Assembly (NCBI GenBank): GCA_964531535.1
Contig: CAZHDU010000003.1
Location: forward strand, 2,177-27,205
Direction: 5' to 3'
Length of the DNA: 25,029 nt
Source: an uncultured Candidatus Saccharibacteria bacterium
GTDB taxonomy: Bacteria > Patescibacteriota > Minisyncoccia > Phycocordibacterales > UBA9973
In this document: piece after piece, positions 15,333 through 25,029 of the stretch
Position numbering within the stretch: the stretch's first letter is position 1
Layout: each line of letters begins with the position of its first letter
Program-made: the position numbers and the translations under genes
Notes under the pieces: model-generated
What the model was told of the DNA's origin: nothing
What the model saw: the letters and a program-made list of their open reading frames with translations, nothing else
Databases searched by the model: none

Positions 15333-15359
15333 AATTTATAAGCAAATAATATAAAACAT

Positions 15360-17102
15360 ATGGAACAAGAAAAATTACACAACACAAGACACTCCTTGGC
15401 TCACCTTCTAGCTGCTGCAGTGCTAGAACTTTACCCAAATGCTAAACGTACGATCGGTCCAGCTATAGATAACGGATTTTATTTTGACTTTGAATTCTCT
15501 ACACCCATATCAGATACAGATTTGCCAAAAATAGAAAAAACGATGCGAAAAATTTTACCAACTTGGACTACTTTTGAGAAGTCAGAACTCTCTGCTGACG
15601 AAGCCAAAAAAGAATATCCTGAAAATCCATATAAGCACGAATTGATAGACGAATTTACAAAGGATGGACAGAAGGTTACTTTTTATAAATCAGGCAACTA
15701 CTGGGATTTGTGTAAAGGTGGGCACGTAGAAAATATGAAGGAAATCGCGCCTGATTCCTTTAAGCTCGATCGCGTCGCTGGCGCATACTGGAGAGGAGAT
15801 GAAAAAAATAAAATGCTGACTCGTATCTACGGTCTCGCATTTAATACCAAAGCAGAGCTCGATGCATACATCCTGCAACAAGAAGAAGCCAAAAAAAGAG
15901 ACCATCGCAAACTAGGACGAGAGCTAGACCTATTTGTTTTTTCAGATTTAGTTGGAGTCGGTATGCCACTTTTTACTCCAAAAGGAAACGTCGTGCGAGA
16001 ACAAATAATCGGATTCTCTCGTGAGTTAAACAATGAACTAGGTTTTGGAGAAGTACATACTCCAAACATAAACAAGGGAGAATTATTTAAAATTTCAGGG
16101 CATTATGATAAATACAAAGAAGACATGCTGTCTGTTACCTCTCAATATGTATCGGATGAAATGTTCTTGAAACCCATGAACTGCCCCCAGCACACACAAA
16201 TTTATGCTTCCCGCCCTCGAAGTTATCGAGACTTGCCTATACGCTATTCAGACTTTGCAGTTTTATATCGAGACGAGAGACCGGGAGAAATGTCTGGGCT
16301 CACAAGACTAAGATCCTTTTCTCAAGACGATGGTCATATCTTCTGTCGTGAAGATCAAATAAAAAATGAAATCAGTAATATTTTATCTGCTATTCAAAAA
16401 GCCTTAAAAGTTTATAAAATAGACTATTGGATGCGCTTGTCATTACGAGATCCAAATAAAAAAGAAAAGTACCTAGGAGATGATTCAGTTTGGGAAAAAT
16501 CTCAAATGATAATGCGAGAACTTTTGAAAGAAAAAAATATTACCAACAAGGAAGCTGAAGGTGAAGCTGCCTTTTATGGACCTAAAATTGATATTATGGC
16601 CGTAGACGCTATCGGCCGAGAATGGCAAATATCTACAATACAACTTGATTTTAATCAACCAAAACGTTTTGAACTTGAGTATGCTGAAAATGATGGCACG
16701 AAGAAAACTCCAGCGATGATCCACCGAGCCTTAATTGGATCCCCTGATAGATTTCTTGGCATTCTAATAGAGCATTATGCAGGTGCATTCCCTCTATGGC
16801 TCTCACCGGTGCAAGTGAAAATAATTCCTGTGCGAGAAAATCACAACGAATACGCCCAGAAGGTTTATGAGATGTTACGAGAAAACAAAATACGAGTTGA
16901 GTTGGACAATGGAGATTCAAATCTGGGTGGAAAAGTTCGCGATGCCAAGAAAAACTTGATGCCGTATTGGATCGTCATCGGTGATAAAGAAATTGAAGCC
17001 AATAAAATTACTCTGGAATCGAGAGACGCTGGAAATTTGGGCCAACTATCTCAAGAAGAAGTCTTGGCGAAACTATTAGAAGAAATTAAGAACAAAAAAT
17101 AA
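15360..17102 (+). CDS. thrS: Threonine--tRNA ligase (lacks the N-terminal TGS domain)
   Basis: RHSLAHLLAAAV, DLCKGGH, GAYWRGDE, RDHRKLG, LKPMNCPQH, RLRSFSQDDGHIF, AFYGPKID, MIHRAL. Confidence 0.98.
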   Translation: MEQEKLHNTRHSLAHLLAAAVLELYPNAKRTIGPAIDNGFYFDFEFSTPISDTDLPKIEKTMRKILPTWTTFEKSELSADEAKKEYPENPYKHELIDEFTKDGQKVTFYKSGNYWDLCKGGHVENMKEIAPDSFKLDRVAGAYWRGDEKNKMLTRIYGLAFNTKAELDAYILQQEEAKKRDHRKLGRELDLFVFSDLVGVGMPLFTPKGNVVREQIIGFSRELNNELGFGEVHTPNINKGELFKISGHYDKYKEDMLSVTSQYVSDEMFLKPMNCPQHTQIYASRPRSYRDLPIRYSDFAVLYRDERPGEMSGLTRLRSFSQDDGHIFCREDQIKNEISNILSAIQKALKVYKIDYWMRLSLRDPNKKEKYLGDDSVWEKSQMIMRELLKEKNITNKEAEGEAAFYGPKIDIMAVDAIGREWQISTIQLDFNQPKRFELEYAENDGTKKTPAMIHRALIGSPDRFLGILIEHYAGAFPLWLSPVQVKIIPVRENHNEYAQKVYEMLRENKIRVELDNGDSNLGGKVRDAKKNLMPYWIVIGDKEIEANKITLESRDAGNLGQLSQEEVLAKLLEEIKNKK

Positions 17103-17107
17103 AATTG

Positions 17108-17332
17108 ATGAAAAAAGTCTTTTTAGTTATTACAGCTCTAGTTCTCATCACATTTTTCTATCCGAAGGAAAGAATTTTTAGTTGTGGTGCTGTATGCACC
17201 AATGAAGGATTCACTAGAGTACAACAAGAAAAACAAAATACTACATGCCTAGGATTTGAAACAATGATGACAAACATTATAGATGCTGATGGTAAAATAT
17301 GTTACGGAATATTTATTAAGAATAAAAAATAA
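17108..17332 (+). CDS. Small Cys-containing secreted/membrane hypothetical protein
   Basis: MKKVFLVITALVLITFFYP signal/TM segment and four Cys; starts 5 nt after the thrS stop. Confidence 0.6.
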   Translation: MKKVFLVITALVLITFFYPKERIFSCGAVCTNEGFTRVQQEKQNTTCLGFETMMTNIIDADGKICYGIFIKNKK

Positions 17333-17342
17333 AAAGAGGTGT

Positions 17343-17873
17343 ATGAAAAATGATTTAATAATCCTGATACTGGGCCCGTCTGGGGCTGGCAAATCTACGA
17401 TCAGCAAAGCTTTGGCTAACAAATTTAAGCGGAGTGCTTATATAGAGATAGATAACTTGAGAGGTATGGTTAAAAAGGGTCACCTCAAGCCCTGGGTCAA
17501 AGGTGGCGACAAGGAATTAATTTTAGGAACATACAACGCAGCCGCTCTAGCCAAAAACTTTATTCAATATGATTACAATGTGATCATCGAAGATGTGGTA
17601 TCAAGTAAACTAAGGCTGGATATGTACCACAAATTACTGAAAGGATATAAATTGAAAATTTTCTTGTTACTCCCTTCAAAAAAAGTTTTAGCCTATAGGG
17701 ATAGTTTGCGACCCAAAGAATTCCAACTCGGTAAAAGATCGCTAGATCTACACGATGCTTTCACGCAAAGAATTACTGAAGAAAACAGATGGCAAGTATT
17801 AGACACTTCACACGAGACACACGAGGCTAGTGTAAAAAGAATTTATAAATTAATAACTAACGACAAGAAATAA
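17343..17873 (+). CDS. P-loop nucleotide/small-molecule kinase-like protein (AAA_33-like)
   Basis: ILGPSGAGKST Walker A, IEIDNLR, NVIIEDV, RDSLR lid-like segment. Likely start is ATG 17343 rather than the overlapping 17283. Confidence 0.8.
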   Translation: MKNDLIILILGPSGAGKSTISKALANKFKRSAYIEIDNLRGMVKKGHLKPWVKGGDKELILGTYNAAALAKNFIQYDYNVIIEDVVSSKLRLDMYHKLLKGYKLKIFLLLPSKKVLAYRDSLRPKEFQLGKRSLDLHDAFTQRITEENRWQVLDTSHETHEASVKRIYKLITNDKK

Positions 17874-18566
17874 TATGCAATTTTTACTCATAGTGTGCAT
17901 GATAGCTGGATATCTATTTCTAGGTATACCTGGAATATTTTTAGGCATAGTCGTCGGCCTCGCCCTCTTCATCCTCGGCCTGTTCTTAAACGCGTAAATA
18001 CAAATAGTTTTAATTAAGCGTGTTTCTCTCAGCAGGTTAAGTAGGATTTCCATAGCTCTCCCGCGATGAGAAATTTTATTTTTTTCTTCTGCAGAAAATT
18101 CTATCAACGGGCGATCTGTGCCGTCAGCTTTGGTAAATAAATCAAAGTGTCTATCGCCGTGATCTTTTAAAGAAGGCGCCACGATATCTCCACTCATCAC
18201 CCCTTCAGCAATTATGGTGTCGTTTTCACCTCTACATAAAGCCAATCGACAGACAGTTTTTATTCGAGAACCGGCAAATTTGTTTCCAATTTGGTATGGA
18301 GTCAAGTGTTTAAAAAAGTCTTTCATATAAGGGCCAGGAAATCCGCCCAGCTCATCAAAATGCACAGAAACATCATCCACTAAAAGTGGTTGCTTAAATA
18401 ATTCGTAAGCTTTTTTTACTTTATGATTTAATATTTCTTCAGAAGTACCCTGGATTTCAGGTTCATCCAAGACAGCTTGTTCGCAATCAAAAAACTCATT
18501 GAGTTTACTTGAAAGCTCTCTGAATTTCATTGGATTGCTGGTAACAATGAGAAGTTTTGATTTCAT
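17850..18566 (-). CDS. rdgB: Non-canonical purine NTP pyrophosphatase (RdgB/HAM1 family), with an anomalous C-terminal extension
   Basis: VTSNPMKFRE, EIQG, LVDDVSV...LGGFPGPYMK, KNKISHRGRA. Confidence 0.88.
   Translation of the reverse strand: MKSKLLIVTSNPMKFRELSSKLNEFFDCEQAVLDEPEIQGTSEEILNHKVKKAYELFKQPLLVDDVSVHFDELGGFPGPYMKDFFKHLTPYQIGNKFAGSRIKTVCRLALCRGENDTIIAEGVMSGDIVAPSLKDHGDRHFDLFTKADGTDRPLIEFSAEEKNKISHRGRAMEILLNLLRETRLIKTICIYAFKNRPRMKRARPTTMPKNIPGIPRNRYPAIMHTMSKNCILFLVVSY
17875..17997 (+). CDS. 40-aa hydrophobic small membrane protein (below ORF-track cutoff)
   Basis: MQFLLIVCMIAGYLFLGIPGIFLGIVVGLALFILGLFLNA-stop; the ATG is 1 nt after the kinase TAA. Confidence 0.55.
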   Translation: MQFLLIVCMIAGYLFLGIPGIFLGIVVGLALFILGLFLNA

Positions 18567-18570
18567 TGTT

Positions 18571-20655
<2,085 letters not shown>

Positions 20656-20670
20656 CTATTGTAGCAAATT

Positions 20671-22491
20671 TTAACGAACTTGCCAACCATTTTTTTCCTT
20701 GATTTTATTGGTTATTTTAGACATAATTTCGTTTACTTCCGCATCAGTCAAAGTCCTCTCAAAAGACTGGAAAACCATGCGAAAAGCATATGAAGTCTGG
20801 TCGCCTTTTGTGAAGGAATCCACCAAGGCTGGCTCTTTGACCATCAACTCCGTGCTATTTTCTTTAAGTATTTTCTTTAATTCCTCTGGACTCTCGCCGG
20901 CAGGCATCCACACAGAGACATCTCGAGAAATAAATGGGAATAGAGACCACGGCGCAAAGCGTGGAGAAGAATTTTGAAGGCGGAAGGTTCCAGTCGAAGG
21001 CTGGAGTAAGTCCGAGAAATTCTTCTCCACGCTTGCAGCAAACTCTTCGAGAGTTTTTTCGACGATATTATTCTTTTCATTATAAGCTACGTGGATTTCT
21101 TCATCTGGTGTCCAGACTGTGCCTATCTCGAAAATCTTGATATTGCTTAGGCCCAAAAGTGGGGCGTTTACTTTATTCAATTTCAAACTCTCGTTTAAGC
21201 CATCACTCAAATTAGCCCGTAGAAATTTTTTGTCTGAAGCGGAAGCCAAAAATGAGACACTTCCCTTATCTCGAAAAACATAAGTTATCACTTCGGAATA
21301 ACCATCCCCTAGTAGCTTGTTTCGAGCTTTAGATATTTTTTGAAAAGTTTCATTTTGACTTGGTTGAAAATCTATCTTTGGTTTTTTCGCTTCTACTTTA
21401 TCATAACCTAAAAATCTACCGATTTCTTCGGCCACGTCTTCTTCGATAACGAGATCAAACCGCATCGGTGGCACGACAATTTCAAAAACGCCATCCGCAT
21501 ATACGTATTCGTATACGTATGCCTTCAAGATATCTTCGACATCAGCCAACGTCAAACCTATACCCAATATCTTGGAAATTTTTTCTAGTGAGAATTTCAA
21601 TTTCCTCTCAGTTGGCTTGGCGCCATAAACATCGACGATATCTTCGAAAGTAGCCTCGGGGCACATTTCCAAAATTGTAGCCGAGAGTTCACGCATAGCG
21701 TAAGAAGCGAGCTCTGGTGACAAATCATTTTCAAATCTCTTCCTGGCGTCTGTAAAAATATTTAAACTTTGTGCAGTCTTGCGGACAGCGGTCGGATCAA
21801 AATTGGCTACTTCTAAAATCACATCGACAGTGTCTCCATCCACTTCGGCCACCTTGCCACCTTTTACTCCGGCTATAGCCAATGCTCTATCTGCATCCGC
21901 AATAACCATATCACTAGGTTTTAATTTACATTCTTTATTATCTAAAGTAGTCAGCATTTCGCCATCTTTGGCTTGTCTAATCACTAATTTTTCTTTTACT
22001 TTCTTTAAATCAAAAACGTGGGTCGGCTGGCCACAATCGAACATCACGATATTTGAAGCGTCTACCATGTTGTTGATACTTCTCTGACCGATAGATTCCA
22101 GGTGTTTTACCACCCAATCTGGACTCGGGCCAACTTTGACACCTCGAACAATTCGCCCCATATAGCGTCTACATTTACTTGTCCCGTCCTTGGCGGGGTC
22201 GCTTTCAACTTCAATTTTTAAATTAGTTGGCTTTGATTCTAGTATCTTGTATTTAGGAGTTGGGTCCAAATACTTAATTTTCAGAAGCGAAGCGATCTCT
22301 CGCGCCACACCTTGGTGAGAAAGTAAATCGTGAGCGCGATCTGGTAAAATTTTTAAATCTAAAATAACATCATCACCCTTGGCTTCTGTGCCATCAACTT
22401 CACAAAGATGATACGTAATAATATCCACCAAATTTTCTGGTGCTGGTGCATCTGGTATATACCATTTAAGCCAATTGTAAGAAATTTTCAT
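20671..22491 (-). CDS. pheT: Phenylalanine--tRNA ligase beta subunit (short form)
   Basis: MKISYNWL, LKILPDRAHDLLSHQGVAREI, SINNMVDASN, GQPTHVFD, RFENDL, PPMRFDL..EEDVAEEIGR, C-terminal FDX-ACB (ISRDVS...ERTLTDAEV). Confidence 0.96.
   Translation of the reverse strand: MKISYNWLKWYIPDAPAPENLVDIITYHLCEVDGTEAKGDDVILDLKILPDRAHDLLSHQGVAREIASLLKIKYLDPTPKYKILESKPTNLKIEVESDPAKDGTSKCRRYMGRIVRGVKVGPSPDWVVKHLESIGQRSINNMVDASNIVMFDCGQPTHVFDLKKVKEKLVIRQAKDGEMLTTLDNKECKLKPSDMVIADADRALAIAGVKGGKVAEVDGDTVDVILEVANFDPTAVRKTAQSLNIFTDARKRFENDLSPELASYAMRELSATILEMCPEATFEDIVDVYGAKPTERKLKFSLEKISKILGIGLTLADVEDILKAYVYEYVYADGVFEIVVPPMRFDLVIEEDVAEEIGRFLGYDKVEAKKPKIDFQPSQNETFQKISKARNKLLGDGYSEVITYVFRDKGSVSFLASASDKKFLRANLSDGLNESLKLNKVNAPLLGLSNIKIFEIGTVWTPDEEIHVAYNEKNNIVEKTLEEFAASVEKNFSDLLQPSTGTFRLQNSSPRFAPWSLFPFISRDVSVWMPAGESPEELKKILKENSTELMVKEPALVDSFTKGDQTSYAFRMVFQSFERTLTDAEVNEIMSKITNKIKEKNGWQVR
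22177..22200 (-). repeat. Short palindromic element in-frame within pheT (DPAKDGTS)
   Basis: Plus strand cccgtc-ctt-ggcggg hairpin (22183-22197) inside ...EVES-D[PAKDGTS]KCRRY. Confidence 0.5.
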
Positions 22492-22492
22492 A

Positions 22493-22828
22493 TTATGCTG
22501 TATATAAATTTAATCTTTTAAATAAAATCGCTGCGTTTCCCCAGACAAAGGGTAAATATACAGGAAAGCCCAGAAAGAAAGTTTCAGCGTATGTCCAAGC
22601 TCCAAAATGAATACACACAGCTTCCGACAACGGACCCAAAACAAACCCCGCACAAAAAAGCCGAAAAGAATTTTTTCCTCCATCAATCATAATCATCAAA
22701 ATAGAACACAACGATAGAATGCCTAAATTAAGAAAATTATTTTGTCTAAAAAATGCCACAGTTAACACCGTACAAATTGCCAATAGGCCAATATAAATAA
22801 ATTTCTTTTTTTCAGAGAAATATTTCAT
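22493..22828 (-). CDS. Small multi-pass membrane protein inside the pheS-pheT operon
   Basis: 111 aa with about 4 hydrophobic segments and a GAWTY...GFPVYLPFVWG motif; TAATG-coupled to pheS and 1 nt from the pheT ATG. Confidence 0.75.
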   Translation of the reverse strand: MKYFSEKKKFIYIGLLAICTVLTVAFFRQNNFLNLGILSLCSILMIMIDGGKNSFRLFCAGFVLGPLSEAVCIHFGAWTYAETFFLGFPVYLPFVWGNAAILFKRLNLYTA

Positions 22829-23547
22829 TAGAATTGATTGAGTCGTAAATCACCTTGATAAAATAACCGCACATCTGGGATGCCAAGTTTAATCATAGCC
22901 ACTCGATCCAATCCGAAACCGAAGGCAAAACCTTGATACTTACTGGAATCAATCCCGCAATTTTTTAATACGTTTGGGTGAACCATCCCCGCCCCCAAAA
23001 GTTCCATCCATTTTCCATTGTGTTTTACATCCACTTCAAAGCCAGGCTCGACGAACGGAAAGAAGCTTGGACGAAGCCGAATCTCTGCATCCTCGCCCAA
23101 AAATCTTTTGAAAAATTCCAAAAGCACCCACTTCATATTGGCCACACTAACGTCTGAGCCAATCATTAAACCCTCGAGTTGGTGAAATTGCATTTCGTGG
23201 CCCGCATCTGTAGCTTCGTTGCGATAGACCTTGCCGGGAACAACTATGGCAAAAGGCGGAGTCATCCCATCTTTCACAAATTTCTCCATAAAATGAATTT
23301 GTGTGTTGGATGTATGTGTACGCAAGACATAGCCAGGCTTATCTTTTATAAAAAAAGTATCCTGCATATCTCGTGCTGGGTGATCTTTTGGAAAATTTAG
23401 CGCGTCGAAGTTGTGCCATTCATCTTCGAGTTCTGGACCAGTCCATACAGAAAAACCAAGGTCGGCAAAAATACGTATGGCTTCATTTATGACCATAGAA
23501 AGCGGGTGTTCACTGCCAGACTGGGATTCTTTTTTATCTTCACTCAT
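22828..23547 (-). CDS. pheS: Phenylalanine--tRNA ligase alpha subunit (lacks the N-terminal coiled coil)
   Basis: HPLS, HNFDALNFPKDHPARDMQDTF, LRTHTS, GKVYRNE, FHQLEG, RLRPSFFPFVEP, GFAFGFGLDR. Confidence 0.97.
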   Translation of the reverse strand: MSEDKKESQSGSEHPLSMVINEAIRIFADLGFSVWTGPELEDEWHNFDALNFPKDHPARDMQDTFFIKDKPGYVLRTHTSNTQIHFMEKFVKDGMTPPFAIVVPGKVYRNEATDAGHEMQFHQLEGLMIGSDVSVANMKWVLLEFFKRFLGEDAEIRLRPSFFPFVEPGFEVDVKHNGKWMELLGAGMVHPNVLKNCGIDSSKYQGFAFGFGLDRVAMIKLGIPDVRLFYQGDLRLNQF

Positions 23548-23579
23548 TCAGTTAATATACCAAAAAAACATCCAAAAAT

Positions 23580-24623
23580 CTACTTAGTTTCGAGGTCGAG
23601 GTTAAATTTTTTATAGTGCTTTTTAAATTGATTTTTGTGCTTTTGACGATTTGGGCCGACGATAAATTGATTTATCTTTTTCGGGAATTTATCGCAGATA
23701 TTACAAATGACTGAACAATACCCTTTGAGTTTGGATTGGCAATCTTGGCAACAGATAAACAAGACGTGGCAAGATTGATTCTTGCAGTGAACATAATCAT
23801 CACATTTGGTCTTCTCGCAAATCTGGCAAAAGGCGATAGTCTCGTCGCCGACTTTCTCGCCCATGCGTTCATCGAAGACGAAATTTTTACCTTTAAATTT
23901 ATTTTGCAATCCTTTTTCTTTGACTCGGTGAGCATAGTCGATGATTCCACCTTTGATATGCTTCACATTTTTAAAACCATTGTGTTTCATCCATGCCGAA
24001 GCTTTTTCACAACGAATTCCGCCAGTACAATACAATAAAACTTCTTCGTCTTTTTTATCTTTAAACATGTCGTGGACTTTCGCCAATTGTTCTCGGAAAG
24101 AGTCCACATTCATAATCTTGGCCTTTTCAAAATGCCCGATAGCAGCTTCGTAAATATTTCGCATATCAATCACCGTCACCCCGCGGTCAATCATATTGTT
24201 CACTTCTTCGGCTTCCGCATATTCGCCAGTGTTTGATGGATCGAAAGTCGAATCATCGAGCCCATCAGCGACAATTTTTGGCCGGACTTTGATAATCAAT
24301 TTCAAAAAACTCGACAAGCCTTTTTCCTCGACAGCAATTTTAAAAGGCACGTCTTTGAACCCAGGAATGCTATACAGAAAATCTTTAAAAGCTTCAAAGT
24401 TTTGCACGGGAACATTCATCTGAGCATTTATCCCCTCGCTTGCCACATAGATCCGACCGAGACACTTGAGCTCTTCGAGTTTATCAAACAACATGTCGCG
24501 CATGGCTTTCGGATCAGCAATTTTTACATAGCGATAAAAAGACAAGGTTTTACGGGCAAAACCTTCATTTTGCAAATCCCGCAACAACTCTTCTTTAGAT
24601 TTGGTATTTACTTTCTTGAACAT
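23580..24623 (-). CDS. trhO: Rhodanese-domain tRNA uridine(34) hydroxylase TrhO/YceA family
   Basis: LSFYRY, GRIYVASEGINAQ, FLKLIIKVRPKIV, IDMRNIYE..IGHF, LYCTGGIRCEKAS, GGIIDY, FKGKNFVFDER, Cys-rich C-terminus. Confidence 0.88.
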   Translation of the reverse strand: MFKKVNTKSKEELLRDLQNEGFARKTLSFYRYVKIADPKAMRDMLFDKLEELKCLGRIYVASEGINAQMNVPVQNFEAFKDFLYSIPGFKDVPFKIAVEEKGLSSFLKLIIKVRPKIVADGLDDSTFDPSNTGEYAEAEEVNNMIDRGVTVIDMRNIYEAAIGHFEKAKIMNVDSFREQLAKVHDMFKDKKDEEVLLYCTGGIRCEKASAWMKHNGFKNVKHIKGGIIDYAHRVKEKGLQNKFKGKNFVFDERMGEKVGDETIAFCQICEKTKCDDYVHCKNQSCHVLFICCQDCQSKLKGYCSVICNICDKFPKKINQFIVGPNRQKHKNQFKKHYKKFNLDLETK

Positions 24624-24651
24624 TTTTAGATATTAGCAAAAAATAATCATT

Positions 24652-25029
24652 TTATCTACTGAGACCACACCATTCACAATCTCTTTTACCGCAACCCTTC
24701 TTTAAGAATTCGAGCGACAAGACTTCGCGGACGCAGGTATTTATCTCCTCTTTCAATTGAGCCAAATTTTCTGCAGTGACTGGGAAAGAATGTTGTTCAA
24801 ATACACCTTTTTTATTTTTCTCTATAAAGTCGAGCATACTCTGATTGATGGTGACATTTTCATCATAGCCATCCAAAAGCAAATGGTAGAAAACAATCTG
24901 GCGTTCGTAATCTTTCTTCTCGTCTTTGGTCTTTTCCGAAAAACTTCGCCCAGTCTTATAGTCGACAATATTGACTCGCCCACCAAACAAATCGTCTAGG
25001 TATTCAATCTTGTCGATCATACCGCTGAT
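24652..25029 (-). CDS. 3' end of a PD-(D/E)XK nuclease-domain protein (probably a UvrD/AddA-like helicase-nuclease)
   Basis: The frame is open to the window edge: ISGMIDKIE...IVDYKTG...RQIVFY, ending in Cys cluster CGKRDCEWC. The helicase part is not visible. Confidence 0.75.
   Translation of the reverse strand: MSGMIDKIEYLDDLFGGRVNIVDYKTGRSFSEKTKDEKKDYERQIVFYHLLLDGYDENVTINQSMLDFIEKNKKGVFEQHSFPVTAENLAQLKEEINTCVREVLSLEFLKKGCGKRDCEWCGLSR

Noticed and set aside
20981-21002. ccttcgactggaaccttccg (PSTGTF) in pheT as a repeat remnant
   Set aside because: Only about 8 nt match the trmD-type element, which is within chance.

Overview
Chromosomal housekeeping region of a bacterium that looks like a Patescibacteria (CPR)/Parcubacteria lineage. 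This is inferred from shortened PheS/PheT/ThrRS, a short SMC, a NusB-Nudix fusion, rpsP-khpA-trmD without rimM/rplS, and many apparently leaderless starts. It uses the standard code. Gene order: 5' part of rpoB; a pilin-like surface protein; a 1.35-kb unit (REP-like hairpins + frameshifted RAYT/TnpA-REP transposase + cargo ORF) bracketed by a duplicated trmD 3' end; trmD; an orphan ORF; khpA; rpsP; rnr interrupted by one in-frame TAA; a DD-carboxypeptidase-CapA fusion; an orphan ORF; smc; rnc; nusB-Nudix; rpmF; T-box-regulated thrS; three small accessory ORFs; rdgB; gyrB; pheT; a membrane ORF; pheS; trhO; and the 3' end of a PD-(D/E)XK nuclease-domain gene. The most notable observations are: (1) the REP/RAYT/cargo unit inserted into and repairing the trmD 3' end; (2) a hinge-less SMC with a central Rad50-like CXXC hook; (3) a compact transcriptional T-box upstream of thrS; and (4) short palindromic elements inserted in-frame in several core genes. 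No tRNA, rRNA or CRISPR array was seen. All calls are from reading the sequence; no database searches were run.
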